From: Anaerolineae bacterium
GTDB taxonomy: Bacteria > Chloroflexota > Anaerolineae > B4-G1 > DUEL01
Length of the DNA stretch: 64,000 nucleotides
Assembly: GCA_036172315.1 (NCBI GenBank)
Contig: JASFBC010000158.1
Span: 2,045-66,044 of the forward strand
Direction of reading: 5' to 3'
Below, piece after piece: positions 8,531 through 19,130 of this stretch. Numbering within the stretch: position 1 is the first letter of the stretch; every line of letters begins with the position of its first letter. The notes beneath the pieces are model-generated. The model saw nothing but the letters and a program-made list of their open reading frames with translations, searched no databases and was not told the DNA's origin. A program made the translations under genes and the position numbers.

Positions 8531-9286
8531 TTATGTAGATTTATCGCCCTCCAGGGTCTTGCGCCAGCCTAGGCGAGCCAGGAAGGCCCGGTCCTCCTCG
8601 GTCAGAGGGGCCCGCTCCAGCAGGTCCGGACGGCGCTCCAGGGTGCGCCGCAGTGCCTGCTCCCGCCGCCAGCGGGCAATGGCCGCATGGTTGCCCGAAA
8701 GGAGGACCTCCGGCACCGCCCACCCTCGGAAGACCGCCGGTCGGGTATAATGGGGATACTCCAGCAGTCCCCAGGCGTGGGAATCCTCAAAAACAGCACC
8801 GGGGTCCCCCAGAACCCCCGGCAGGAGGCGGGTGACGGCGTCTATGATGACCATCGCTGCCAGTTCTCCGCCGCTGAGAACGTAATCCCCGATGGAAATT
8901 TCGTCGGTCGCCAGGTGCTCTCGCACCCGTTCGTCCACTCCTTCGTAGCGACCACAGATCAGCGCTAACCGGGGGTGACGGGAGAGTTCCCTTGCTACCT
9001 CGTGGGTCAGCAGCCGCCCCTGAGGGGATAGGAGGATTATGGGGACCCCTTTTTCATCCCCCAACACCGCCTCCACGGCGGCGAAAATGGGCTCCGGTTT
9101 CATCACCATCCCCCCGCCACCCCCATAAGGGGCATCGTCGGTGATGCGGTGGCGGCCGGCAGCGTAGTCCCGGATGTTGTGAAGGTGAACAGAAATCAGC
9201 CCGCGCTCCTGCGCCCGCTTAATGATGCTCTCCTGTAAGGGGCCAGTGAACATCTCTGGGAAAAGGGTGAACACATCAAACCGCAT
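8531..9286 (-). CDS. trmD: tRNA (guanine37-N1)-methyltransferase
   Basis: [24 protein letters not shown]..; ..[19 protein letters not shown]..; ..[24 protein letters not shown]. Confidence 0.95.
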   Translation of the reverse strand: MRFDVFTLFPEMFTGPLQESIIKRAQERGLISVHLHNIRDYAAGRHRITDDAPYGGGGGMVMKPEPIFAAVEAVLGDEKGVPIILLSPQGRLLTHEVARELSRHPRLALICGRYEGVDERVREHLATDEISIGDYVLSGGELAAMVIIDAVTRLLPGVLGDPGAVFEDSHAWGLLEYPHYTRPAVFRGWAVPEVLLSGNHAAIARWRREQALRRTLERRPDLLERAPLTEEDRAFLARLGWRKTLEGDKST

Positions 9287-11735
9287 CGTCCTCCGCTACC
9301 ACAGGTAGCACTGAGGGAAGGAGTCCTCGCAATTCGCTGGGGATCAGGACAATGCGCTGGTCCGCTACCGTCCCATCGCTGAGAAAGCCGTGCATCCGGA
9401 GTCGGCCCATCGTCGTCTCCGGTTTGTGGTAATACCAGTGCTGGTTCTCTTCCACGTCGCTCCCATAACGGGCAGTGAATTCCTCCCACGGGAGGATACC
9501 TCCGGCATCCAGGACGTCCTGCAAGGCCTGCCGCTCTTCTTCAAAGAGGTGAGAAACGGCTCTTCTCAAAGTGAACGGGTCGGTCAGCGCTTCCACCAAT
9601 TGCTGTATCAGTAACTCTTTCCGCAGATTTGCGTAGCGTAGGGAATGGACCTGGGCCATAGCCACCAGGGATTCCCGGGGCAACCGCTCCAGGCACTCCT
9701 TCAGAGAGGCATCGGGCCGGATAGGGCGAGTGCGCTTCCGCTCTTGACGCTGGCGGGAGTGCTCCCGGATTATTTGCCAATAAGAACCCGGGGTGCGCGC
9801 TTCTATCGTCAACTCCAGTTCCAGAAAGCGCAGGTCTCCCGCATCCCATCTCGATCCGACATGGGTATAAAAGCGAGCCATGGCCAGGTCCCCTTCCTCC
9901 AGGCTGACCAGTGCCAGCGCGTGGAGATACTCCATAAACTCCCATGGCCTGAACTCCTGTCGGTCGCTCAGGGCTTCTAGTTGCCGACGAGCCTCCGGGA
10001 GGTCGCCGCGATGCAGCGCCAGTCGGGCCAGCCAGGCGCGGGCGCATGCATGCCGGGGGTCCAATGCCACTGCCTTTTGAAGATACTCGCTATATTTTGC
10101 CCCATCGTCCAGGTGGACAATGGCCGACCAGATGAGATGGTCCGGGTGATCAGGGGCAAGAGAGAGCGCCTGTTTTGCCCGTTCCTGGGCACGCGGGATT
10201 TCGCCTGCCCTCAGCGCATCCATGCATTCCTGGACCACTGCCAGCACTTTTGGGGGATAAGAAGGCTCCTCCGGCTGCACCACAGTCCAGCGGGGGACCT
10301 TCAACCAACGCCACTCCTGCCGAATCTCGTCCCAGACCTCCACCGGCTGCTCCGGGTCTATCCCCCCAGCATCGGCCAGCATTTGCAGGACAGTCATCCG
10401 CTCTTCAAATCTTTCTTTCTGACTGAAGGCAAAGCGGCGAAGTTCTTCCAGGGCTTCCGGAGTGCCAAGGAGGGCGAGCGCCTCCGCCAGGAAATAACGG
10501 GCAGCGGCCTCCCGGAACATTTGGAGCATCTGCTGGAGGAGAACGGGATATCGGGCCACTAAAGCCCTCAATCGTTTCTGGAAGACCTTTCGTTCTATCT
10601 GGTGAGCCGTCCAGGATAGCAGGAGGTCCTGAAGTTCGCGGTTCGTATGGTAGGGAGTGAACCAAGAAAACTGAAAGGTAGGATACCGATCGGCGATGCC
10701 GGGACCGGGGGCTTTCCGGCTGGCCGCTGTAAGGAAGGGCTCCAAGTATATCTCAGGCACTCCCTGGACAATGGCTTGCTCCCAAAGTCGTTGGGCTGTC
10801 CAAAAATGGCCCAGATTGGCCGCCGCCGAACCCAGCACGACCAGGATGATTTCCTTATCTATCTCATGGATCAGGTTGTAGTGGCGCCGGTACAGGCGGT
10901 ATATCCCTTCGTCATCGTTCAGGTGTCCCAACGCTCTGATGGCCAATTCCAGGTCAGAGGTGAAACGGTAAGAATGCTCCCGTAAAGGTCGGGCAACCTC
11001 CTCTGCCGCCTCCCGATTGCCCAGGGCAATGTAGGCCCGGACCATGAATTCTCTCGCCAGAACCATATCAGGATGCTCGGCCAGGAGGGACGCTCCCGCC
11101 TCCACCGCTTCGCGGAACCGACCGGCCATTGCCAGAATCTCTGCCTCTATTCCCCGGAGGATGGGCCACTGGGGGAGAATGGAGGCCGCCCGACGGAGGT
11201 GACGGAGAGCCGCTGTGAAGTCCCCCGTCTGGGACATCCGGTAGCCCAACTCCACCTGATATTCTGCTTCGTCCACTTTGCCGGGGGAAACCTTCAACAT
11301 ATGCGCAAGGGAGGAGAGGCTCTTCTCCAGTTTGTTCAGCATCCCCCGTGTCTCCCGGACTAATTCGTCGGGAAGAATATCCGGATACTCCATTACCTTT
11401 CGCAGGGCACGTCGGGCATGCGCGGGCATGTCCAACTCGTCGTAAATCATTCCTAAAAAATAGTAGACGAGGAGATTATCGGGTTCGCGCCGCTGCGCTT
11501 CCTCAAAGGTGGAGAGGGCCTCATCCATATTACCTGTGCTGGCCAGCAAAAAGCCCCGAAGTATCAGGAGTTCCGAGCGATGCTGCAGATGAATGGGGGC
11601 CTCGTCCAGGACCCGAAGGGCTTCTTCCGGGTTCCCCTCTTTCTGCAAAGCCTCAGCCCGAGAGAGAATCTCCTCCAGACCGGGTCCCCGGGAAGGAGGG
11701 GGCTGAGGGTGCCGGCGTTTCGGTTTTTTGATCAT
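9276..11735 (-). CDS. Large TPR-repeat protein (819 aa)
   Basis: The whole length is helical-repeat sequence with TPR-like A/L/Y periodicity. Its 3' end overlaps the trmD start by 11 nt. Confidence 0.7.
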   Translation of the reverse strand: MIKKPKRRHPQPPPSRGPGLEEILSRAEALQKEGNPEEALRVLDEAPIHLQHRSELLILRGFLLASTGNMDEALSTFEEAQRREPDNLLVYYFLGMIYDELDMPAHARRALRKVMEYPDILPDELVRETRGMLNKLEKSLSSLAHMLKVSPGKVDEAEYQVELGYRMSQTGDFTAALRHLRRAASILPQWPILRGIEAEILAMAGRFREAVEAGASLLAEHPDMVLAREFMVRAYIALGNREAAEEVARPLREHSYRFTSDLELAIRALGHLNDDEGIYRLYRRHYNLIHEIDKEIILVVLGSAAANLGHFWTAQRLWEQAIVQGVPEIYLEPFLTAASRKAPGPGIADRYPTFQFSWFTPYHTNRELQDLLLSWTAHQIERKVFQKRLRALVARYPVLLQQMLQMFREAAARYFLAEALALLGTPEALEELRRFAFSQKERFEERMTVLQMLADAGGIDPEQPVEVWDEIRQEWRWLKVPRWTVVQPEEPSYPPKVLAVVQECMDALRAGEIPRAQERAKQALSLAPDHPDHLIWSAIVHLDDGAKYSEYLQKAVALDPRHACARAWLARLALHRGDLPEARRQLEALSDRQEFRPWEFMEYLHALALVSLEEGDLAMARFYTHVGSRWDAGDLRFLELELTIEARTPGSYWQIIREHSRQRQERKRTRPIRPDASLKECLERLPRESLVAMAQVHSLRYANLRKELLIQQLVEALTDPFTLRRAVSHLFEEERQALQDVLDAGGILPWEEFTARYGSDVEENQHWYYHKPETTMGRLRMHGFLSDGTVADQRIVLIPSELRGLLPSVLPVVAEDDAV

Positions 11736-11799
11736 GGTCGCTCCTTAATCATTCAAGCACCAATCCGTAGGGGCAGGGCTTGCGCCTGCCCGCCCCTGC

Positions 11800-14058
11800 T
11801 TACCCCTGCCCCAGGGGTTGCCCCTGCGGGCGATGGATGCCCCTCCAGACCCGCTCCGGGGTAAGGGGGAATTCGTGGAACCAGCCCCCTGTAGCATCGT
11901 GGACAGCGGCGATCAGGGCCGGCGCAGCCGGAAGGACCGGCATCTCCCCCATTCCCCGCGCCCCCCAGGGCCCGCGCGGGTCGGGCCGCTCCACGATGAC
12001 CGATTCCACCCGCTCCGGCACGTCCAGCGCAGTGGGGATCAGGTAGGTGCTGAGCCGGTTGGTGAGGACCCGGCCCTCCCGAACGATGAAGTTCTCCACG
12101 GTGGCCCAGCCCAGCCCCATGACCACGCCACCCTCTATCTGCCCCTCCACCTGTTGGGGATTGATGGCCGTCCCCACATCGTCGGCACAAATGACGCGAG
12201 GAATTCGGATCTGCCCGGTCTCGGTATCCACCTCCACCTCCACCGCCCCGGCCACATAACCGTAGGCGAAGTTGGGAGTCCCGTAGCCGGTCTGGGGGTC
12301 AAAGGGGGTGGTCTTCGGGGCCAGGTAAGTGTATTCGGCGACGGCGGGCCGCTCCTCCGCGCGCCACTTTTCCAGCGCGGCCGCTGCCGCACCCCGGATA
12401 GCGTTGCCAGCCATAAAGGTGGTCCGGGACGCAGAGGCGGAGCCGGAACTGCCGGGACTGGTGGCCGTGTCGGAGGGGATCAGCCGCACCCGCGACACCG
12501 GAACTCCCAGTGCCTCTGCGGCCATCTGGAGGATGACGGTATGGGCGCCCTGGCCCACTTCGGCGCTACCGATGTAGACAATGGCTTCCTCTATCTCTTC
12601 CCTGCCGTGCAGTTCCACTTTTGCCCAGCAGTTCTCCTGGTAACCGAAGGAGAAGCCGATGTTTTTGAAGCCGGCAGCGAAGCCGATTCCCCGACGGAGC
12701 GGACCGGGCGTCTGGGGGATTGTGGGCTTGCGCCAACCGGCCTCTGTTTTCGTCCATCCGGCAGCGGCAGCGCACCGCTCCACCACCTCCACCAGGTTCA
12801 CGCCCCCCGGCAGGGGGGTGCCCGTTGCGGTCAGGCTCCCCTCTCGTAGAAGGTTGCGCACCCGCAGTTCCACCGGGTCCATCCCCAGCGCCTCGGCCAA
12901 TTTGTTCATCTGCGTCTCGGCCAGGAAGATACCCTGGGGAGCCCCGAAACCCCGGAAGGCGGCACTAGGCGGGTTGTTGGTGTAGTAGGCATCTACATCC
13001 ACCTTGACGTTGGGAATCTCGTAGGGGCCGGTACATGTCACCGTCAGATTCCCCATCACTTTGTTGGTGGTGTAGCAGTAGGCACCCCCATCAGCGACCA
13101 CGCGCACTTCTGCTGCCACCAGTTTCCCCTCGCGCGTTGCGCCCCACTTGCAGCGGGCCCAGACGGGATGGCGCTTGCCGTGCCCGATGATGGATTCCTC
13201 CCGCGTCCAGACGATTTTCACCGGACGGCGCAGTTTCCAGGCCGCCAGGGCCAGGACAATCTGGACGGACATGTCCTCCCGCCCGCCGAAGGCGCCGCCG
13301 ATGGCCGGATAGATCACCCGAACCTGCTCCGGGGGGATGTTCAGCGCATGGGCGATCTGCTGCTGGTCCTCCCATGTCCATTGCCCGGCAACGACAACGG
13401 TCACCCGGCCCTCTTCGTCTATGTAGGCCAGGCCGGCCTCCGGCTGAAGGTACGCGTGCTCCTGGGAGGGGAGCCGGTATTCGGCCTCCACGATGACGTC
13501 GCATTGGCTCCAGGCGGCCTCCACGTCCCCCTTGCGAATCTGGTGGTGGCTGATCCAGTTCCCCTCCGTCCGGAGTTCCGGATGGACCGGGTTGGGGGCG
13601 CGGGGCGGATGGATGGGATAAGCATCCGGCTTCATCGCCTCCAGAGGGTCGGTAATGATGGGCAGATCCTGATACTCCACCCGGATGAGGTCCCGGGCGC
13701 GCGCGGCGGCCTCTTCCGTCTCGGCGACGATCAATGCGACCTGGTCGCCCACAAAACGAACCACATCGGCGCCTTCTTTGCTGGAGCCGGGCCCGCAGAG
13801 GACGGGTTGGTCGGGGGTCTGGAGGCCGTACTCGTTGACAGGCACATCTTTAGCCGTGAAGATGGCGACGACGCCGGGAACCTGTTCGGCCTCGGCGGTG
13901 TCTATGCTCAGGATACGGGCATGGGGCCGCCCTGCAAAAAGGATTTGGGCGTGCAACATTCCCGGCATAGAGAAGTCGCCCGGATACATCGCCTTGCCGG
14001 TGACTTTGGTGCGGGCGTCTATGCGGGGTATGGGGCTGCCAATGATCGGTTCGGGCAT
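11800..14058 (-). CDS. Xanthine dehydrogenase/aldehyde oxidase-family molybdopterin-binding subunit
   Basis: N-terminus is ..RIDARTKVTGKAMYPGDF..MLHAQILFAGRPHARILSID... Also present are ..GGAFGGRED.. and ..VGQG..T...Q.. motifs and a C-terminal ..GMGE.. motif. Confidence 0.9.
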   Translation of the reverse strand: MPEPIIGSPIPRIDARTKVTGKAMYPGDFSMPGMLHAQILFAGRPHARILSIDTAEAEQVPGVVAIFTAKDVPVNEYGLQTPDQPVLCGPGSSKEGADVVRFVGDQVALIVAETEEAAARARDLIRVEYQDLPIITDPLEAMKPDAYPIHPPRAPNPVHPELRTEGNWISHHQIRKGDVEAAWSQCDVIVEAEYRLPSQEHAYLQPEAGLAYIDEEGRVTVVVAGQWTWEDQQQIAHALNIPPEQVRVIYPAIGGAFGGREDMSVQIVLALAAWKLRRPVKIVWTREESIIGHGKRHPVWARCKWGATREGKLVAAEVRVVADGGAYCYTTNKVMGNLTVTCTGPYEIPNVKVDVDAYYTNNPPSAAFRGFGAPQGIFLAETQMNKLAEALGMDPVELRVRNLLREGSLTATGTPLPGGVNLVEVVERCAAAAGWTKTEAGWRKPTIPQTPGPLRRGIGFAAGFKNIGFSFGYQENCWAKVELHGREEIEEAIVYIGSAEVGQGAHTVILQMAAEALGVPVSRVRLIPSDTATSPGSSGSASASRTTFMAGNAIRGAAAAALEKWRAEERPAVAEYTYLAPKTTPFDPQTGYGTPNFAYGYVAGAVEVEVDTETGQIRIPRVICADDVGTAINPQQVEGQIEGGVVMGLGWATVENFIVREGRVLTNRLSTYLIPTALDVPERVESVIVERPDPRGPWGARGMGEMPVLPAAPALIAAVHDATGGWFHEFPLTPERVWRGIHRPQGQPLGQG

Positions 14059-14120
14059 AATTCGGCACCTCCTCGTGTTACGGGATGCGTATCCTGTTAA
14101 ATCAGACCTGGTGGCCTGTG

Positions 14121-15032
14121 CTACGATTCCACCACCCGCAAATAGACCGCTTCCAGACTGCGCGGGACTTCACCCAGCGTTACCACCGGGATGCCCGCTT
14201 CCGCCAGGGAGCGCACAATAACCGGATTGACGGTCTCCGGCGAGTCCGCCCGATAGCGAATCCAGTTCGGTCCTTCCTCCACAACCGGGGCCCAGCGGGC
14301 AACCAGAGGACGGGCTCCGTCAATGGAGGACGCCACCCGGAGTTCCATCAACGGAGGGCCCAGCAGTTGCCGTTTCAAATCGGTGGGCGTCCCCAGAGCC
14401 ACAATCTGCCCCCGCCGGATGATGGCAATCTCGTCCGCCAGCAGTTCCGCCTCCGCCAGGTTGTGGGTGCAGACCAGGATGGTTCGCCGCTCATCTTTGA
14501 GGGAAAGAATGGCATCCCGCACCAGTTTGGCGCTGTGGGGGTCCATCGCCGAGGTGGGCTCATCCAGCAGGAAGACGGGCGGGTCGTGGAGCAGCGCGCG
14601 CACCAGCGCCAGTTTCTGACGCATCCCCTTAGAGTACTCCCCAATGCGCCGGTCCCAGGCTTCCGGCATGGCGAACCGCTCCAGCCAGTCCCAACCTCGC
14701 CGCCGGCACGTATCCCGATCCAGCCCGTAGAGTCGGCCAAAGAACTCCAGATATTCCCCTCCGTACATCCGCAGGTAGAGGCCCGGTTGTTCGGTCAGCA
14801 AGCCCACTTGCCGGCGGACGGCGGCCGGATTCCGGCGGGTGTCGTATCCGGCGACCTCTGCCCGGCCCTCTGTGGGCATCAGGATGGCCGCCAGCATACG
14901 CACCGTGGTGGTCTTCCCGGCCCCGTTGGGGCCCAGAAGGGCCAGTATCCGCGCCGGTCGGACGGTCAGCGTGACCCCATCCACAGCGGTGAAGTCGTCA
15001 AATCGCTTGGTGAGGTTTTCGGTCCGGATCAT
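14121..15032 (-). CDS. ABC transporter ATP-binding protein (ABC-2/DrrA-like)
   Basis: Walker A GPNGAGKTT, signature YSKGMRQKL, Walker B FLLDEPTSAMD. Confidence 0.9.
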   Translation of the reverse strand: MIRTENLTKRFDDFTAVDGVTLTVRPARILALLGPNGAGKTTTVRMLAAILMPTEGRAEVAGYDTRRNPAAVRRQVGLLTEQPGLYLRMYGGEYLEFFGRLYGLDRDTCRRRGWDWLERFAMPEAWDRRIGEYSKGMRQKLALVRALLHDPPVFLLDEPTSAMDPHSAKLVRDAILSLKDERRTILVCTHNLAEAELLADEIAIIRRGQIVALGTPTDLKRQLLGPPLMELRVASSIDGARPLVARWAPVVEEGPNWIRYRADSPETVNPVIVRSLAEAGIPVVTLGEVPRSLEAVYLRVVES

Positions 15033-15052
15033 ATCGGCTTACCCCCCGCACA

Positions 15053-15073
15053 GGGCAACCGCCAGGGTTGCCC
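15053..15073. repeat. GC hairpin of the GGGGCAACC/GGTTGCCCC(TAC) family (R4)
   Basis: GGGCAACC-gccag-GGTTGCCC followed by CTAC, directly after the kinase stop codon. It has the same core as 51331-51355. Confidence 0.7.
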
Positions 15074-15076
15074 CTA

Positions 15077-18000
15077 CTATACGGCTACCGGCAGGGTGAA
15101 GGTAAAGGTGCTCCCTTTGCCCGGCTCGCTCTCCACCCAAATCTGACCGCCCTGGAGTTCCACCAGGTTCTTGGTGATGACCAGTCCCAGCCCCGTGCCC
15201 GGCACATTGCGCACGAGCGGGTGCTGGGAGCGGAAAAACTTGGTGAACAATCGCTCCCGCTCCTCGGGCGCTATGCCGATGCCTGTATCGGAAATGGAAC
15301 AGACCACGAATCCGCCGTTCGGCTGAACGGTCACCCGGATGTGGCCTTCCTCCGGAGTATACTTGTACGCGTTGCTCAGCAGATTGGTCAGAATCTGCAC
15401 CACCCGATTCCGGTCTGCCTGTACGGGGGGTAACGGCTCCGCGATTTCCACCTCCAACGTCTGTCGCCTGGCTTCTATCTCCTGGCGGATGACCCGAATC
15501 GCCTCTTCCACGGCCTCCTGCAGCGCGACCCGCCCAACTTCCAGTCGCAACCGTCCGGCCTCTATACGGGAGATGTCCAGCAGTTCCTGCACCATCGTGT
15601 CCATCCGGTTCACATTGGAGCGGATGACCTCCAGGAAGGAACGCTGGGTATCGGTCAGGTCACCCGCCAACCCCTTGACCACCAGGTCGGTGTACCCCTT
15701 GATGGCCGTCATCGGTTGTTTCAGTTCGTGGGAGACAAAGGAGATGAAATCCGTCTTGGCCTGATTGGCGGCCTCCACCGCCGCAAAGAGGCGGGCGTTC
15801 TCTATAGCAATGGCGGCGTGGTCGGCCAGGCGAACGACAAAGTCCAGGGCATCCTGGTCCAATTTCCCCGGTTTGCTACTCTCCAGCACGATGATGCCGA
15901 TGATCCGTTCCTCCCGCCAGATGGGCACTGTAATCTGGGCGACCATCCCCTCTGCGGCGGCCACATAGTCCGGGTCGCGGCGGACGTCGGAGACCAGTTC
16001 CGGCCGACCGGTTCGGGCTACCCGCCCCACAATGCCCCGATCCAGCGGCCAGAGGGTCTCCCGGTATGGCTCCACCGCATCGGGAGGGTAGCCCTGGGAA
16101 ACCAGGAGCCGGAGGCCCTGCCGACCGTCCTCCTCGGCCAGAACGGCAATTAACCCGACATCTGCACCCGTCCGCTGGATGGCCCATTCCAGGGCCCGCT
16201 CCATCGTTTGCTGGTAGTCCAGGGTGGCGTTCAACTCCCGGTCAATCCGCTGCATCATGGAGAGTTCCTCCACCCGGGCCGCCAGCGCCTGATCGGTCAT
16301 CGCGAAGAGACGGGCGTTCTGGATAGCGACGGCCGCCTGAGCGGCAAAGGCGGTCAACAATCGTTCGTCATTCTCATCGAAGGGGCGACCGTCCCGCCGG
16401 TTGAGCACCTCCAGAACGCCGACGACAGTCCCGGGGGCCCTCATCGGAGCGCAGAGGAGCGAACGGGTGACAAAATGGGAACGGCGGTCTATTTCCGGAT
16501 ACCAGTGTTTGTCCCGCCGGACGTCGTCCACCCGGATGGGGCGGTTCTCCCGAACCGCCTGTCCGGCAATACCGGTGCCGGCGAGGAGGCGGGTACCGGC
16601 CAGGTCAGGCACACCAATGGCGACCTGAAAGACCAGGTCGCCGCTCTCCTCATCCACCAGCAGGAGAGCGCCAGCCTCCGCCTGGAGGAGGTCTACCGCT
16701 TTCCGGACCGTCAGGTCCAGCAATCCATGCGGGTCCAGCGTGGAAGCCAGAAGGTGGCCCACCTCATTCAGTCCTTCCAGTCGCCGCACCCATTTCTCCA
16801 TCTCCTGATACAGGCGGGCTTTGTCCAGGATGGCGGCGGACTGATCGGCGATGACCTGAAATATCCGTACCTGCTCCGGCGTATACGTCACATCGGGATC
16901 AAAACTGGAGATGGTCATCACACCCAGGATGCCACCCTGGGAGATGAGGGGCATGCCCATCCAGGCCTTACCGGGCCGGCCCTCGGGCTGTACACCCCGA
17001 CGCCGGCATTCGGTCAGATAATCATCGGTGACGATGGGCTGTCCCGTGCGGACGATGAGGCCGGTCAACCCCTCCGTATCCGGCCAGACGTCCTCCGGGT
17101 ACTGCCGTTCGCCGTCCTCCACATAAAAGGCGAAGCGCAGGGTACGGGTTGGGGGATCGTAGAGGGCGATGGAGAAATTGCGAGCGTCCAGCACCCGGTT
17201 GGTCTGGGTGTAGATCAGTTCCATCAGGTCGTCTAACCGGACGGAGAAGCCCACGGACTGGGCAATAGTGCCCACCACCTCCAGTTCCTGGACCCGGCGC
17301 TCCAGGTCGGCGATCAGCCGGACCCGGTCCAGCGCGGCGGTAATTTGTGGGGACAGCATCTCCAGGAACCAGGCATCGCGGGCCCGAAAGCGTTCCAGAC
17401 GAGGAGGGCCAACGGTCAGCCAGCCCCATCCAGATAGTGGAACGAACATGGCCGGCCCCAGCGCGGCCAACCGTTCTTCCTCCCCCTCCAGGTCCGACGG
17501 GAGGACGTCATCCACCGAAAGGTAGAGGGGACGGGTATCCCTGCTCATCCGACGGGCCAGTGGTCCATCGGGGCGGAAAGAGGGCAGGGGAGATAATGGA
17601 GTATCCCCCCATACTCGGGGAACGTACAATCCGCTGCGCGGGTCTGAGAGGTAGAAGAGAACCGAACGGGAGGCCAGCACTTTTCCGATCACGTCGGCGG
17701 CGACCGCCATCACTTCGTCCCCGGTACGGGCCGTGGCCGCCCATTTCCCAAACTCCCGCAGGGCCTGTTCCGGCGCCATCCGCCGCCCCAGCAATAGCCG
17801 GTCCACTGCCCGAATCAGAAACCCCTGCAGGGGCATGCTCCCCATCATCACTGCCAGCACCAGCAGGGCCAGCACCAGGGGCTGAAAGGGGAGAACCGTC
17901 AGGGCGAACCACCGGCTCAAGAGGGCGAGGAGAAGGGCGAATATGCCCACAACTACCAGCGTCAGGAGAAGGTAACTTACCGTATTGCGGACCACCCAGT

Positions 18001-19045
18001 CAATGTTCAGCGTGCGGGGGAAGAGGATCGCGTAGGCGGTGGCCAGGGGGAAAAAGACAAAGGACGGCAGAAACAGGCTGGGCTGGAAAGGGAAGCCGGG
18101 GCGGAAAGCAAAAGGAATCCAGACCATAATCGGGAAGAAGGAAAGCAAAGCCCCCAGCAGGACGATGTAGGTCTGGGCGCGAATAATGGGGGAGCGGGAG
18201 AAGAGCCGATAGTAGGCCATCCACCCGATCAGCACCAGTCCGCCGATGCCTGCCCAGGCCCGTCCCCAGCGCCAGGGGGCGAAATAGGCAATGGGGTGGG
18301 CCATGTCCACCGTCGTGAGCCATCCAGCGACCGCCAGCCCCAGCGCGGGCAGGTAGACCAGGAGGCGCAGGGGGGGAAACCGCCGGAGGACGGCGGATGG
18401 GCGAGGGAACACCAGGGCCAGGTGGATCGCGGCGCTTCCGATCAGGGGGATGGCCACCACCCAAACCGGGAAGAGGCGATGGGTGGTATAGACGTCAAAA
18501 AAAGCGCCGGTCATGAGGGCGATGAAGATGCAGAAAAGGGCGAAGACTTGTGCGGATTCCTCCCGGCTCCGTAGCCAGAATATCACCCCTCCGATGGCCA
18601 GGTAGAACAGGCTCAGGGCGTAGGGGATGAGGAAGAACTCCCAGAAGGCCGAGCGGGGAAGCGGCATCAGCATCACCCTGACCTGGCGGACGGTGCCGGT
18701 CTCCCCGTGGCGGGCCGTGAAGGTGACCATCTCGCCGGGCGAACGGTAGCGCAGGGCCTCCACCAGCGCGGTCGGGCTATCCAGCGGCTCCCCGTCTATG
18801 GCGATCAGTTGATCGGGGAAGTGCAGGCCGGCCGCGTGCCCACTCCAGGTCATCCGGCCGAGGTCGTTCACCACCAGTGTCGGTTCGGTGAAGAGGCCCG
18901 GGAAAGGAAGGCGGGCCATCTGGAGGGCCAGCACGAGGGCCCAGACGAGGGTCGCGGCGGAGAGGGTCAGCAGAACCACCAGAAGCCAGCGGGTGACCCG
19001 CAGAAACAAAGGGCTTTCCAGAAAAGCAGAACCCGAATCGGCCAT
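15077..19045 (-). CDS. Multi-domain sensor histidine kinase (PDZ-like + polytopic membrane region, tandem GAF domains, HisKA, HATPase_c)
   Basis: H-box FVSHELKQPMTAI, N-box LLSNAYKYT, G1 DTGIGI, G2 GTGLGL. Several GAF-like blocks and more than 8 hydrophobic helices occupy the N-terminal third. Confidence 0.9.
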   Translation of the reverse strand: MADSGSAFLESPLFLRVTRWLLVVLLTLSAATLVWALVLALQMARLPFPGLFTEPTLVVNDLGRMTWSGHAAGLHFPDQLIAIDGEPLDSPTALVEALRYRSPGEMVTFTARHGETGTVRQVRVMLMPLPRSAFWEFFLIPYALSLFYLAIGGVIFWLRSREESAQVFALFCIFIALMTGAFFDVYTTHRLFPVWVVAIPLIGSAAIHLALVFPRPSAVLRRFPPLRLLVYLPALGLAVAGWLTTVDMAHPIAYFAPWRWGRAWAGIGGLVLIGWMAYYRLFSRSPIIRAQTYIVLLGALLSFFPIMVWIPFAFRPGFPFQPSLFLPSFVFFPLATAYAILFPRTLNIDWVVRNTVSYLLLTLVVVGIFALLLALLSRWFALTVLPFQPLVLALLVLAVMMGSMPLQGFLIRAVDRLLLGRRMAPEQALREFGKWAATARTGDEVMAVAADVIGKVLASRSVLFYLSDPRSGLYVPRVWGDTPLSPLPSFRPDGPLARRMSRDTRPLYLSVDDVLPSDLEGEEERLAALGPAMFVPLSGWGWLTVGPPRLERFRARDAWFLEMLSPQITAALDRVRLIADLERRVQELEVVGTIAQSVGFSVRLDDLMELIYTQTNRVLDARNFSIALYDPPTRTLRFAFYVEDGERQYPEDVWPDTEGLTGLIVRTGQPIVTDDYLTECRRRGVQPEGRPGKAWMGMPLISQGGILGVMTISSFDPDVTYTPEQVRIFQVIADQSAAILDKARLYQEMEKWVRRLEGLNEVGHLLASTLDPHGLLDLTVRKAVDLLQAEAGALLLVDEESGDLVFQVAIGVPDLAGTRLLAGTGIAGQAVRENRPIRVDDVRRDKHWYPEIDRRSHFVTRSLLCAPMRAPGTVVGVLEVLNRRDGRPFDENDERLLTAFAAQAAVAIQNARLFAMTDQALAARVEELSMMQRIDRELNATLDYQQTMERALEWAIQRTGADVGLIAVLAEEDGRQGLRLLVSQGYPPDAVEPYRETLWPLDRGIVGRVARTGRPELVSDVRRDPDYVAAAEGMVAQITVPIWREERIIGIIVLESSKPGKLDQDALDFVVRLADHAAIAIENARLFAAVEAANQAKTDFISFVSHELKQPMTAIKGYTDLVVKGLAGDLTDTQRSFLEVIRSNVNRMDTMVQELLDISRIEAGRLRLEVGRVALQEAVEEAIRVIRQEIEARRQTLEVEIAEPLPPVQADRNRVVQILTNLLSNAYKYTPEEGHIRVTVQPNGGFVVCSISDTGIGIAPEERERLFTKFFRSQHPLVRNVPGTGLGLVITKNLVELQGGQIWVESEPGKGSTFTFTLPVAV

Positions 19046-19084
19046 CCGATACTCCGCCCGGCAGGATCATTTAAACAGGCTTAC

Positions 19085-19121
19085 ATAATACAAATTGTAG
19101 CATATTATTGTCAAACGTCAA
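19085..19121 (-). promoter_or_regulatory. Candidate overlapping sigma-70 promoters for the histidine kinase
   Basis: On the minus strand: TTGACG-16-TACAAT and TTGACA-18-TATTAT, in a short AT-rich patch 40-75 nt upstream of ATG 19045. Confidence 0.4.
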
Positions 19122-19130
19122 CGTAACTAG

